A stretch of 64,000 nt of DNA from Bdellovibrionota bacterium (GTDB taxonomy: Bacteria > Bdellovibrionota_C > UBA2361 > JBGSMV01): assembly GCA_041739995.1 (NCBI GenBank), contig JBGSMV010000047.1:128001-192000 (forward strand), in the 5' to 3' direction. Shown here piece by piece: positions 49,986 through 61,599 of the stretch. The stretch's first letter is position 1; every line of letters starts with the position of its first letter. The notes below the pieces were generated by a model. The model was not told where the DNA came from, searched no databases, and saw only the letters and a program-made list of their open reading frames with translations. The position numbers and the translations under genes were made by a program.

Positions 49986-50176
49986 ATGAGGCGCTATCTA
50001 GCTGAAAAGATTAAAAAAGACCTTACAGAAAAATGGTCTTTTTGGCCGGTCCTCGGCAAGTGGGGAAGACTACGTGTGAGGCGTGGCAACTCACCGCCGT
50101 CAAGGGGCGAGAGTTTCAAACTCCGGAGGGGATTCGAGTGGCGTGGGCACCAGAGTTTCTCAAGACGTTAATTTGA
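49986..50176 (+). pseudogene. Internally deleted, frameshifted remnant of an AAA_14/DUF4143-type ATPase gene
   Basis: MRRYLAEKIKKDLTEK, then after a frame change at the A5 run (50029-50033) MVFLAGPRQVGKTT (Walker A), joined directly to a C-terminus-like TPEGIRVAWAPEFLKTLI*. Confidence 0.75.
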
Positions 50177-50236
50177 GCTATCTGATGGAGTTGATGAAGG
50201 GAAAATGCACACTGCGTGAATAAGCCCTGTCGAATT

Positions 50237-50728
50237 CTAATGCACACCAGGCGCGAGTAACCGCTCGAGCGCGTCGGCTCTTTGGAGCTTGCTTTGTCCT
50301 AAAATTCTTGAGGTCTCGGTTATGTTTGCATCCTTCAAGATTTCCTCAGCCTCAGCACGCAACTGAGAGATCTTGGTCACATCAAACTGACCAGGCAGGT
50401 CTACTTGATCGGCTAGTATGGTGAGTACTCCATCGGAAAAACTACAGAAACCGCCCGATACAACTAAAAGATTTTTTCCTGAAGCTGCTTCAGTCGACAA
50501 AGAGTCGTATTTGAGCAGCCCAGTTCCCAAAATCCCGTTGTAGGAAACGTGTCCAGGAAGAACTCCAATCTCGCCGTCAGCGCCAGGCAGCGAAACGTTA
50601 GAGACTGGCTCTTCAAATAGTAGTCCCAGAGGGGTAATTACCCGCAGAAGGAACCGATCGGAACTTTTATTAGTACTGGTAGTAGTCGAACCCGATGCGC
50701 TCGACTGACCCTCTGCAGGAATCGCCAT
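50237..50728 (-). CDS. atpC: ATP synthase F1 epsilon
   Basis: VITP, LPGADGEIGVLPGH, VSGGF, TILAD. Confidence 0.93.
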   Translation of the reverse strand: MAIPAEGQSSASGSTTTSTNKSSDRFLLRVITPLGLLFEEPVSNVSLPGADGEIGVLPGHVSYNGILGTGLLKYDSLSTEAASGKNLLVVSGGFCSFSDGVLTILADQVDLPGQFDVTKISQLRAEAEEILKDANITETSRILGQSKLQRADALERLLAPGVH

Positions 50729-50768
50729 GTCTATAATTCTCCCAAACTAGCCCGCCATACAGGCGCTG

Positions 50769-52229
<1,461 letters not shown>

Positions 52230-52307
52230 TTATCTCCTAAACGAAATTTTACACTATGTGTTGTTAAAAATGGCCCTGCAGAAATAACACTGCAAAGGCT
52301 GGGTTCC

Positions 52308-53201
52308 TTACTGAACCGCCTCCGCGCCACCAATAATATCGAGCAATTCCGACGTAATTCGTGCTTGGCGAATCTTGTTGTGTTGCAGCTCTAACTTTCT
52401 GCTCAACTGCTTTGCATTCTTTGTCGCAGAATCCATCGCAGTCATTCGTGCCGCAGTCTCACTGGCCTTGGCATCAAGACAATACTGACGAATTTTTGCG
52501 CCGAGAATTCTTGGCATCAATGCAGCGAAGACTGCTGCGATTGAGGGCTCAAACAAGGTAACCCCAGACGCCTTTCCTACGCTGGCTTGCGCTGCTGCAT
52601 CGGCCACAATATTCGGATCAAGCGGAAGGAGTTTTTCCAGCTGTACTTGCTGCGAAATTGCTGAGCGAAAGCGCGTGTACACCACCCAAACCTCGTCGAA
52701 GTCACTCGCACAAAAGCCGTCGCCAAGTTCTCGGGCCACTTCCTCAATTGGCCAAAGAGCGGCACTCTCAGGAAGCTCCTCTAGCGCCTTGAGGTACTTG
52801 TGACTTCGTCGACGAAAGTATTCTGCTGGCTTTTTACCTAAGAGAAACGCAGTAACATCTACTCCTTCAGAGCGCTTCTGGGTCAAGAAGCTCTCAGACT
52901 TCTTATTGACGTTCGAGTTATACCCTCCGCAAAGACCACGCTGACCGCCTACTACGAGCAGTGCGACTTTACGCACACTTGCTCGCTTCTCGAGTAGCGG
53001 ATGCGAGGTCTCGGAGCCTTCAAGTTCAGCTGAAAGCTGGGTAAGAAGCCGGTTAAGCTCGTTCGTATAGTCACGAGAGCTGGCGACCGCGTCTTGCGCT
53101 TTACGCAGCTTCGCCGCCGACACCAGCTTCATGGCGTAGGTGATCTTTTGCGTATTCTTAACCGACCGCAGTCGGCGCTTAATTTCTTTAAGTCCGGCCA
53201 T
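52308..53201 (-). CDS. atpG: ATP synthase F1 gamma
   Basis: KITYAMKLVSAAKL, RGLCGGYN, ARMTAMDSAT, RQARITSEL. Confidence 0.97.
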   Translation of the reverse strand: MAGLKEIKRRLRSVKNTQKITYAMKLVSAAKLRKAQDAVASSRDYTNELNRLLTQLSAELEGSETSHPLLEKRASVRKVALLVVGGQRGLCGGYNSNVNKKSESFLTQKRSEGVDVTAFLLGKKPAEYFRRRSHKYLKALEELPESAALWPIEEVARELGDGFCASDFDEVWVVYTRFRSAISQQVQLEKLLPLDPNIVADAAAQASVGKASGVTLFEPSIAAVFAALMPRILGAKIRQYCLDAKASETAARMTAMDSATKNAKQLSRKLELQHNKIRQARITSELLDIIGGAEAVQ

Positions 53202-53267
53202 AATGCCTTCCCCTCTCTCCCCGGTGCGTTACCTGAGCTGGCGGTGTTTCACCGTGGTGCTCTTTAG

Positions 53268-54872
53268 TTAGGCGTGCGCTGCTGGTGATGATGAAGTCCC
53301 CTTCCCTTTGGTCTCTTTGTGAGGTGTTGCGCCATTCGAAGTGACTGCCGCTTTCGCCTTCATACCCGCAGAGAACTCGGTTACATACGCTGCGATAATC
53401 CTTCGAAGATCCGCGTCGATTTCCTTAGTGAGTTCCTTCTTAGTTCGAAGGGCGTCGAGAGTCTGAGGATGGACATTTGCCAAGTGCGCATGAAGTCCAG
53501 TTTCAAACTCACGCAACTGCGCGGTAGGCAGGTTATCGGTAAGACCGCTCGATACTGCAAGTAGTGAGAGCACCTGCAATTCCACCGGCATAGGTTTGTA
53601 TTGCTCTTGCTTAAGAATCTCGACGAGGCGCTCACCGCGTGCGAGCTGAGCACGAGTGGCGGCATCAAGGTCTGAGCCGAACTGAGCGAAAGCCTGCTTC
53701 TCACGGAATTGTGCAAGGTCAAGACGTAAGGTCCCAGCCACCTTCTTCATGGCCTTTACTTGAGCCGCACCACCTACTCGCGACACTGAAAGACCGACGT
53801 TTACTGCTGGTCTGATACCAGAGTTGAACAAGTCAGCTTCAAGGTAGATTTGCCCGTCCGTGATTGAAATCACGTTCGTTGGAATGTAAGCCGAAACGTC
53901 CGCTTCAAGCGTTTCAATGATCGGCAAGGCCGTCATGGAACCAGCACCCATCGCATCGCTCAACTTTGCAGAACGCTCGAGCAAGCGGGAGTGCACGTAA
54001 AACACGTCTCCAGGATATGCTTCTCGTCCTGGTGGGCGACGAAGCAGCAGCGACATGCTGCGGTACGCAACCGCGTGCTTGGAGAGATCATCAAACACGA
54101 TGAGAACGTGTTTGCCCCTCTCCATGAAGTACTCACCCATTGCACAACCAGAATACGGTGCGAAGAAAGCCAGTGGCGCAGGCTCAGAAGCGGTTGCCGC
54201 TACTATGATGGTATGCTCAAGCGCCCCGTGTTCTCGGAGTTTTTCCACTATCTGAACAACCGACGAGCGCTTTTGCCCAATCGCTACGTAAATGCAGATT
54301 ACGCCATTACCCTTTTGATTGATGATGGTGTCGAGCGCTACCGCAGTTTTGCCAGTCTTTTTGTCTCCGATGATGAGCTCTCGTTGGCCTCGTCCTACCG
54401 GGGTCATGGAGTCAATGGACTTGATACCGGTCTGCATCGGCTCATGCACTGACTTACGCTTTACAATGCCAGGAGCTTTAAGCTCAATTCGGCGAGTCTC
54501 TGAACTCTTGATGTCACCAAGACCGTCGATAGGATTGCCCAAAGCATCCACTACTCGTCCGATCAGAGCGTCACCGACTGGCACCTCAGCAATTTTCCCG
54601 GTGCGTTTTACGGTGTGTCCTTCGCGCACGCGAGTGGTTTCACCCATGAGCACGATACCGACTGAATCTTCTTCAAGGTTCAACGCAACGCCGCGTAGGC
54701 CATCGCTAAATTCAACGAGCTCACCTGAAGCAACTTTCCCAAGGCCGTAGGCCTGACAAATTCCGTCACCTACAGAGATGACAGTTCCTGTTTCTGAAAC
54801 CTCTGCGCCTGCGTCGAAGTTGGCGATGCGTTCTTTTAGAATGCTGCTAATTTCTTCGGCCTTTGTACTCAT
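53268..54872 (-). CDS. atpA: ATP synthase F1 alpha
   Basis: [36 protein letters not shown]. Confidence 0.99.
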   Translation of the reverse strand: MSTKAEEISSILKERIANFDAGAEVSETGTVISVGDGICQAYGLGKVASGELVEFSDGLRGVALNLEEDSVGIVLMGETTRVREGHTVKRTGKIAEVPVGDALIGRVVDALGNPIDGLGDIKSSETRRIELKAPGIVKRKSVHEPMQTGIKSIDSMTPVGRGQRELIIGDKKTGKTAVALDTIINQKGNGVICIYVAIGQKRSSVVQIVEKLREHGALEHTIIVAATASEPAPLAFFAPYSGCAMGEYFMERGKHVLIVFDDLSKHAVAYRSMSLLLRRPPGREAYPGDVFYVHSRLLERSAKLSDAMGAGSMTALPIIETLEADVSAYIPTNVISITDGQIYLEADLFNSGIRPAVNVGLSVSRVGGAAQVKAMKKVAGTLRLDLAQFREKQAFAQFGSDLDAATRAQLARGERLVEILKQEQYKPMPVELQVLSLLAVSSGLTDNLPTAQLREFETGLHAHLANVHPQTLDALRTKKELTKEIDADLRRIIAAYVTEFSAGMKAKAAVTSNGATPHKETKGKGTSSSPAAHA

Positions 54873-54964
54873 ACGTTTCTCTTCCTATTTCTTTCCCATT
54901 TTCTGTCGGTTGAACTTTTATCGGCCCAACTTCTATTGAATTAATATTGCGATATATCTTCAAA

Positions 54965-55522
54965 CTATGAGGCAACACCTCGCGCTACTCGCTCAAGTGA
55001 GCCCGACAAGGAGCCGTCTAGAACTGAATCTCCAGCCTGTATAACCATGCCACCGAGCAGGTCTGAATTTTCCGCCCACTCCATCGACACGAGAGACGCG
55101 TACTCTTTCGGCACCTGATTACGGACATCAGTCTCTAGTCTTTGCCGTTCAGCTTCAGAGAGAGGGAACGCGGTAGTGATTTTGAGTCCGAGCGCTTTCA
55201 TAAACTCAGCAATCATTTGGGAGAAGGAGGCAAGTGTTGCCTCAAGCGCGGAGAGCCTTCCGTTGACCAGCATGGTGGCAAGGAAATTTGCGAAGACTGC
55301 GTCTCCAGGGCGCACCAGTTGAGCAACATCCTTTGCAACCGCAGCGCGCGCGGAGGGCGAAACCGCAGGGTTGGCCATAGCTTCTCTTAACTGCTTGTGT
55401 TCTTGAGCAATCTGAACGAGCTGAGACAGAGCATCACGACGACCTTCAAGCTCGTCAGGTTTACAGAGCTCGAATAACGCTCTGGAATACCGTTTTGCTA
55501 TTCTTCCCACACTCTTTGCCAC
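54965..55522 (-). CDS. atpH: ATP synthase F1 delta
   Basis: IAKRYSRALF, LLGGMVIQAGDSVLDGSL; position in operon. Confidence 0.92.
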   Translation of the reverse strand: MAKSVGRIAKRYSRALFELCKPDELEGRRDALSQLVQIAQEHKQLREAMANPAVSPSARAAVAKDVAQLVRPGDAVFANFLATMLVNGRLSALEATLASFSQMIAEFMKALGLKITTAFPLSEAERQRLETDVRNQVPKEYASLVSMEWAENSDLLGGMVIQAGDSVLDGSLSGSLERVARGVAS

Positions 55523-55578
55523 GTCAAAGCCCCACTAAATCTTTTCTAAGTTCTCGCTCTTTAAACCGCCCCAATCCG

Positions 55579-56223
55579 CTACTGCATCATTTGATTTGGC
55601 TGATTAGGAATCAGAGCTTTTACTTTTCGAGCGGTCGAATCTCTAAATTGCTGGTCCGCCTGAAGAGAGTTTTCGCGAACGAGACGCTCGCGCGCCAGCA
55701 GCAATGCCGACTCAATCAGCTCTTCACGCACCATTGACTCCATGGCGCGCAGCTCAGCCGCGGCGGAATCTTGAGCCAATCGCCCGATGCGCTCCACCTT
55801 AAGCTTCGCTTCCTGTTCAATAACTTTTATTTCAGTAACGGTCTCGGCGCTGATCTCTGTAGCGACCCGCTCTAGCTCTGAGCGAACTGAACTTAATAGG
55901 GTTTTGGCTTCTTGCAGCTCAGCTTCTGCAGCAGCCAGAGCTCTTGCACCTGCGAGCACTTTCTCTTCAATTGCAGAGCGACGTGCGGCGAAAGCAAGCC
56001 GGAGAGGCTTTCGAAGGACGAAGAAGAGAATCAGGCAGAAGCAGGCGAAGTTGAAATAATACACCCCAAGCCCGGCAACGAAATCTCCAAGTGGTGGGGG
56101 CGGCGTTGGCCCGTGCCCGCCAGCAGCCAATGCGGGCGAAGCTGATACAAAAAAAGTTGCGGCAATCACGCGGAGGAAAGTTTTGTAGTTCAAGAGATCT
56201 CGTGAGTTTATCAACATATGCAT
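55579..56223 (-). CDS. atpF: ATP synthase F0 subunit b
   Basis: NF..ILFFVLRKPL..RR TM anchor followed by an Ala/Glu/Lys coiled coil. Confidence 0.85.
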   Translation of the reverse strand: MHMLINSRDLLNYKTFLRVIAATFFVSASPALAAGGHGPTPPPPLGDFVAGLGVYYFNFACFCLILFFVLRKPLRLAFAARRSAIEEKVLAGARALAAAEAELQEAKTLLSSVRSELERVATEISAETVTEIKVIEQEAKLKVERIGRLAQDSAAAELRAMESMVREELIESALLLARERLVRENSLQADQQFRDSTARKVKALIPNQPNQMMQ

Positions 56224-56315
56224 TTTTGCGCTGAAAAGAGTCGTAACTGGCCGGTCTTCGCTAATTACAGTCTTCCTTAATTACTCTGCGTTCTCCGACG
56301 AAGCGTCTCGCGAAC

Positions 56316-56774
56316 CTACGCCAACAGCGAACCTCTCGCTTTATCGGCAAACGCTTGTGCGAGCCCATCGGATTCGCGCATCGCCTGAGTGCGGAGCTCC
56401 TTCAATTTGGTTTCTGCCTGGACGTGGGCTTGCTCAAGCGTTTTCTCAGCGGTTGACTCTGCTTGTGCCACTAACTGAGCAGCCGCAGCCTTAGATTTCG
56501 CCACCGCCTCAAACTTAAGTTTCAAATGCTCTATACGCGCATTAGTGACTTGCTTCTCGAAGTTCTCGCGCAAGTCGCTAGCCTCAGCTCGAACAGCGCT
56601 CGAGCGATCCTCGGCGCCGAGTGTGGCCTGCTCTCGTTCGGCAACCAGGTCAGCGAATGGCTTTACCACCCCCATCCCGAAAGTTCTCCAAAACACGAGA
56701 AACATGAGCGACCCGATCGGAATCATGATCGCGTCGATCAGCGTCAAGTCAAACATTTTAAGGATTTCGTTCAT
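56316..56774 (-). CDS. ATP synthase F0 subunit b'
   Basis: TM segment, KPF..ERE, coiled coil; second b-type gene of the operon. Confidence 0.82.
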   Translation of the reverse strand: MNEILKMFDLTLIDAIMIPIGSLMFLVFWRTFGMGVVKPFADLVAEREQATLGAEDRSSAVRAEASDLRENFEKQVTNARIEHLKLKFEAVAKSKAAAAQLVAQAESTAEKTLEQAHVQAETKLKELRTQAMRESDGLAQAFADKARGSLLA

Positions 56775-57014
56775 TCCTATCCCTAGAATTCTGGTCGTCG
56801 ATGCTTAATCGCCAACCTTAGTTTCAGCGACCAAAGTCGCCACACAATTCTTAAATTCTCTCAACCTCAGGCCTCCCGCGCTGCTTCCGGCTATTTGGAA
56901 GTAAATCTTACGGAGCTCTTAGATTCTGCACCACCTAGGCGGGCGTCTGACTAAGGGGTTAATGTCACCAAATCCTAACGAGCATTTGGTGAGCACGGTT
57001 ACTTCAACAAGAGC

Positions 57015-57500
57015 CTAAGCCGTAGCGCCAAGCTTCTCAGAGCCCAATGGTCTTACTGCACTGGACTTGGAATCGAGGCTCTTTGCTGCACCGGCGCCCA
57101 TTCCACTTGCTGTTGCGCCTGAGGCCATCGTCGATTTGCCTTCGAAGATTACCCCCTCTTCTATGCTGAGACTCGTGGTCGAAATATTTCCTACAATGCG
57201 AGCCGGACGTCGAAGCGAAAGTCTCTTGCTTGCAGAAATGTCGCCGTTGACTGTGCCCTTGACGAGAACTTCAGCGCCAGTGATGCGTGCATTGATAACA
57301 GCCGATTCTCCAATCGTCAGTCTATCTTGAGAAATGATTTCGCCTTCGACGTAACCGTCAAGTTCGACTGGTCCGGAGAAGGTTAGAGTTCCCACAACCT
57401 TGGATCCTTTTCCCAAAAAGGCTTCAACTTTATCCGCGGTAGCACCTCCAGCGGTTAAGCTGCTGCTCAAAGAATTAGTTCCCGAAGTTGAATTGGTCAT
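57015..57500 (-). CDS. Bactofilin (polymer-forming cytoskeletal protein)
   Basis: FLGKGSKVVGTLTF..ELDGYVEGEI..LTIGESA..GTVNGDI..IVGNI..LSIEEGVIFEG. Confidence 0.93.
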   Translation of the reverse strand: MTNSTSGTNSLSSSLTAGGATADKVEAFLGKGSKVVGTLTFSGPVELDGYVEGEIISQDRLTIGESAVINARITGAEVLVKGTVNGDISASKRLSLRRPARIVGNISTTSLSIEEGVIFEGKSTMASGATASGMGAGAAKSLDSKSSAVRPLGSEKLGATA

Positions 57501-57861
57501 GGCTGCACGTCCTCAAACTAAAGAACTCAAACTATAGAATCGCCAGAAAGCGAACCAACACAGAAAAAATACAGAAGCGACAAAGCCTCCTTTCTCGGCG
57601 GTAGTAGTCGCTCGCCAAGAAAACCCACGGTCTCGATGACCCACTGTCTCAATGAGCCGGGGAGTATGCTCCTGAGCCTGCATTCTGGCCCAAATAGAAC
57701 CGTGTAAAGGCTATCTGCTACCATTCGAAAAATCAATCGAAGTGGCAGCGAGACTGGCTAAAAATGTGAGTCTTAGCGGTTGCTTGAGAGATAAGGCCTG
57801 TCACGAATGGAAGATTTTTAAGGTCCAATGTGCGAAGGCCTCGTTCCCGAGGGGGAGAGGC

Positions 57862-59079
57862 CTAGGTCTGCTGAGGCGCACGCGAAAGCTGATCTACCAG
57901 ACGGTCTAGCTCTTCTTCTGAGAAGTACTCGATATCGATGCGCCCTCGACCTGACTTCGTATGCAAAATTGAAACCTTAGTCCCAAGCACTCTTCTTAGG
58001 CGGTCAGTTACTTCGGGAAATCGGAGCTGTGAGGTCTTTCCGTTGGAATTCGACAATGAGGCATTGTCTGTATCGAGTACCCCGCTTTTCCTTTTTCCGG
58101 TATCAAGCACGACGACCTTGGCTACGAGAGATTCAAGTGCGCGAACTGAGAGAGCATCTTTAATTACTCGGCGCGCGAGACTTATTTGTGCGGCAGGTTC
58201 ACGCAGAGAAAGAATAGCTTTTGCGTGTCCCATGCTCAGAGCGCCTTGTCGAAGTAGTGCGAGCACTTCTTCGGGCAGCTTCAGTAAGCGCATGAAGTTG
58301 GCGACACTGGCGCGGTCCTTCCCTACCCTTTCTGCGATTTCTGCCTGATTTAGGCCAAATTCTTGAGAAAGTCGTTGGTATGCGAAGGCATGTTCAACTG
58401 GATTCAGGTTTTCGCGCTGTAAGTTTTCAATCAACGCGAGCTCAAGAGTTTCTCTGTCAGAGAGTTCTCGAATGATGACCGGCACCTGTGTGAGTTCAGC
58501 TAACTGCGCAGCTCGCCAGCGACGCTCGCCGGCTACGATTTCATAGCGCACTGCTGAGGATGAAGTGCCCGTCGGGTCGGGGGTAACCGGACGCACTAAG
58601 ATCGGCTGGAGTAGCCCGACAGTTTTTAATGATGAAGCAAGCTCGGAGAGTTCTGCATCGCTGAAATCTTGGCGCGGCTGCTTGGGGTTCGGCGCCAGCA
58701 TCGAGGTGTTTAGGTATTTCACTCCGGACGAAGGGCTTGGTGAGTCGCCTGACTGAGATGATTCAACCGGCGGCGACTGCTTTGATGTCGCGGCGAACGT
58801 GGCTTGAATTTCTTGATTAGGGGCTCTCTCCGCTGCATTGCGGTTGGTCGTGTTACGTTCGAAAGCGGCTCGGTCGAAAGATATGACCTTGTTCTCTTCT
58901 TCCCCAGTTTGAGAATTCTGAATACTGACACTCGGATTTGCGGTCGGCTCAGCAACTATCGAATTAGACTCCGCTTCTTCTACGCTTGGCGTGATTGAGA
59001 CCGGCGGAGCCGAAATAAGAGCGCTTAAACCTCTCCCCAGGGCTGTCCTACCGCCAATTTTGAGTTTTCTATCTGTCAT
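57862..59079 (-). CDS. parB: Chromosome partitioning protein ParB
   Basis: LGRGLSALI, NPKQPR, GLLQPI, IVAGERRWRAA, LIENLQRENL, HTH. ATG 59079 preferred. Confidence 0.97.
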   Translation of the reverse strand: MTDRKLKIGGRTALGRGLSALISAPPVSITPSVEEAESNSIVAEPTANPSVSIQNSQTGEEENKVISFDRAAFERNTTNRNAAERAPNQEIQATFAATSKQSPPVESSQSGDSPSPSSGVKYLNTSMLAPNPKQPRQDFSDAELSELASSLKTVGLLQPILVRPVTPDPTGTSSSAVRYEIVAGERRWRAAQLAELTQVPVIIRELSDRETLELALIENLQRENLNPVEHAFAYQRLSQEFGLNQAEIAERVGKDRASVANFMRLLKLPEEVLALLRQGALSMGHAKAILSLREPAAQISLARRVIKDALSVRALESLVAKVVVLDTGKRKSGVLDTDNASLSNSNGKTSQLRFPEVTDRLRRVLGTKVSILHTKSGRGRIDIEYFSEEELDRLVDQLSRAPQQT

Positions 59080-59115
59080 AACGTTGTTCCACAAACAGTG
59101 TTCGATAGATTTAAA

Positions 59116-59131
59116 TGTTCCACGTGGAACA
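59116..59131. other. parS: parS site
   Basis: TGTTCCACGTGGAACA perfect palindrome (extends to 22 bp, 59113-59134) between parA and parB. Confidence 0.95.
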
Positions 59132-59192
59132 TTTTGTAATATTTGAAATCAGCTCTAGCTTGTTTCCGGCAAACCCTATCAGGCCAATGTTG

Positions 59193-59993
59193 TTAGCTAT
59201 TCGCAGCAACAGATTTACTCTCAGAAGTTAGATTTAGTCGGATTACAAATTCATCAGTAAGACTTAAGTAGGCCTTCGCCCCGGCGGAGCTTGGATCGTA
59301 CAGACAGATTGGCTTCGAGTGACTTGGAGCTTCGGAGAGGCGAATGTTCCTTGGAATTCTAGTCTCCATCAAGAGAGGGCCAAAGTACTGCTTTGCCTCT
59401 GCTTCGACTTGTAGGGAAAGATTGGTGCGGGCATCGAACATAGTCAGAAAGACCCCCAGTAGCTCCAACTTTGGATTGAAGGTCTGTTGAACGAACTGAA
59501 TGGTCTTCATCAGGGCGGTCAGACCCTCAAGTGCGTAGTACTCGGACTGAAGCGGGACGAGCACTCTTTCTGCAGCGCCAAGAGCGTTAAGAGAGAGAAG
59601 TCCGGAAGAGGGAGGGCAGTCTATGAGGATTACCTGATACCGACGCTTCAAGAGCTCCAGCTGAGATTTCAATATGAGCTCTCGGCCTGCCACCTTTCCG
59701 AGCTCGATTTCAATGCCAACCAGGTCAGCGGAAGAGGGGGCTACGTCAAGCCCAGGAATCACTGACGGACGAATGATCTTCTCTAGGGAGGATTTGCCGA
59801 GGAACATATCGAAGAGGTCTTCGCCGGCTTCTCGAAGCTCAACTCCAAGGCCGCTTGTGGCGTTTCCTTGTGGGTCAAAGTCAATCAAGAGAGTTTTTAT
59901 GCCTTTTTGCCCCAGTTCGGCCCCGATGCTTACAGCAGAGGTCGTTTTTCCAACGCCTCCCTTTTGATTTGCGATTGCAATAGTAGTGGTCAC
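59193..59993 (-). CDS. parA: Chromosome partitioning ATPase ParA/Soj
   Basis: NQKGGVGKTT, DFDPQGNATSGLG, IDCPPS, EYYALEGL, IPRNIRLSEAPS. Confidence 0.97.
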   Translation of the reverse strand: MTTTIAIANQKGGVGKTTSAVSIGAELGQKGIKTLLIDFDPQGNATSGLGVELREAGEDLFDMFLGKSSLEKIIRPSVIPGLDVAPSSADLVGIEIELGKVAGRELILKSQLELLKRRYQVILIDCPPSSGLLSLNALGAAERVLVPLQSEYYALEGLTALMKTIQFVQQTFNPKLELLGVFLTMFDARTNLSLQVEAEAKQYFGPLLMETRIPRNIRLSEAPSHSKPICLYDPSSAGAKAYLSLTDEFVIRLNLTSESKSVAANS

Positions 59994-60037
59994 AGCAGAT
60001 TCGTATCATGCGCCTCTGGAGAACTGAAGATGAAAAG

Positions 60038-60053
60038 TGTTCCACGTGGAACA
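60038..60053. other. parS: parS site
   Basis: TGTTCCACGTGGAACA, 45 bp upstream of the parA start. Confidence 0.95.
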
Positions 60054-60221
60054 TTTTCCAATTTAGTGTTCTTTGGCTCCGTGGGCTCTAGAGAGGGCAT
60101 GAATCCTTAAACTCGGGACGGGCAGAGAAATAGACTCAGCCAAGGAGTTACTTCTTGGGAGCCATAGGAGGTACCGTCCATCTTGCAGAAGAACTGCCTA
60201 ATTCGAAAGGAGGTCCAGAAC

Positions 60222-61406
60222 TCAGCTAGCTAGTCTGATTCTAGAATGTACCTCAGAGAAAGCCTTAACTGCAGAGATAATCGCTTGTTCATCAATAGCC
60301 TGAGTGACTATGAACCTAACTGAGCCACTTTGAGATAGCAGTCCGCGGTGTTGAATGGCGTCGACCAATATATTCTTCGAAAACAGCGCGTCAGCATACT
60401 CCATTGCGCGCCCAAACTTATCGCAAGGAATCGTGACCAGCGGGACTGATGGTGAAGAGGAGGATCTGCCTAAGACTTCCGATATCCCACGATCGAGTTT
60501 GAGTGCAGACTCTAAAAGTAACACGCGCTGGACGCTCATCACTTCGGCCAGATCGATAGCTTCGGTTAAAGCGGCGGCTTGGGCAGGGGCAGGGGAACAT
60601 TCCGTTCCAAACGCCCTGGAGCGCTGAGCTACTAGAGCCGTGAGATCAGAAGGGCCGCAAAGTGAGCCCAAAGAGACTCCCGCCAAACACTCTAAGCTAT
60701 TGATATTACATAGAATTTTGGGATTACGCATCGCGTGCGTTTCTTCAAGGAGGCCAGAGCCACGAAGCCCCAAACATCCAATTGCGAAGCTCTCATCCAC
60801 TACTAAATAGGCGTCGTAGCGGTCACACAACTCGAGTAGTGGGGGCAGCTCCAAAACAGAACCCCTCGATCCTGAGACTGACTCAACTACGATAATCTTT
60901 CTTCGTGACTGCGAGGCTCTCTGCAGATCAGCGGAAAGTCTGGAAAGATCGCCGCGTGGAAAAGCTTGGAACGGAGCGTTCACCAAGTAAGAAGCATCAG
61001 CGGCAGGAAGTAAAATATCCTCTTCTGCAAATACTGCGTCGCGCTCACCAACAAGAGAAGTGAGCAGAGAAAGCGCTGCTTGGCTCTTCGACGAAAAAAG
61101 CAGCGCGGCCTCTGTACCGAAAAATTTACTGAGGCGCATTTCAACCAGCAGGTGAGGGCGATAGGTGCCTGATGATGCGCGCGGTGTTGCGGTGCCAACA
61201 CCGTCAGATGCAATGGTCTCTTGTGCGCAGCGTTTGACGCGATCGTTGGAGGCAAGATTCAAATAGTCCCACGAGCTAAAGTCGATGAGCGTGCGACCTT
61301 TGAAATCAACACGACCACTCTTGCGGCGTGCGGCAACATGAAACTCGCGCTTGGGGAACGCACCCCAAAGCGACTCAAGCTCACGTTTAATATCATCTAA
61401 AATCAC
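60222..61406 (-). CDS. Alpha-oxoamine synthase family (BioF/Kbl/SPT) homologue lacking the PLP lysine
   Basis: DFSSWDYLNLA, GVGTATPR, H..E.RL.KF..EAALLF, IVVES, VVDESFAIG. Usual GTxSK position reads NSLEC. GTG 61406 preferred because ATG 61454 lies inside the repeat element hairpin. Confidence 0.8.
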   Translation of the reverse strand: MILDDIKRELESLWGAFPKREFHVAARRKSGRVDFKGRTLIDFSSWDYLNLASNDRVKRCAQETIASDGVGTATPRASSGTYRPHLLVEMRLSKFFGTEAALLFSSKSQAALSLLTSLVGERDAVFAEEDILLPAADASYLVNAPFQAFPRGDLSRLSADLQRASQSRRKIIVVESVSGSRGSVLELPPLLELCDRYDAYLVVDESFAIGCLGLRGSGLLEETHAMRNPKILCNINSLECLAGVSLGSLCGPSDLTALVAQRSRAFGTECSPAPAQAAALTEAIDLAEVMSVQRVLLLESALKLDRGISEVLGRSSSSPSVPLVTIPCDKFGRAMEYADALFSKNILVDAIQHRGLLSQSGSVRFIVTQAIDEQAIISAVKAFSEVHSRIRLAS

Positions 61407-61425
61407 CGGCTTTACCCGTTTGTAT

Positions 61426-61599
61426 CTTCGCCCTAGATGGGGCAGTAGCTCCATCTAGGGTCCTCAAAAATAGAGCAATATTATTATAGAGGCGGTCAAG
61501 TTTGCGCGTAAGCTGCCTTCGTCAAACGGGTGACTTCACTGATACTGAAGCCACTAGTGGCTGCGCAAACTTGCCCCCTCTACTAAATCTTAACTGCTC
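61426..61599 (-). repeat. Dispersed structured element, copy 2
   Basis: Reverse complement aligns to 3541-3713. Perfect 10-bp stem CCCTAGATGG / CCATCTAGGG at 61431-61460. Its 5' edge overlaps the prfB stop codon. Confidence 0.85.

Noticed and set aside
60222..61454. Routine bioF call
   Set aside because: The PLP lysine and His motifs are missing and no bio genes are adjacent, so I did not assign the symbol.
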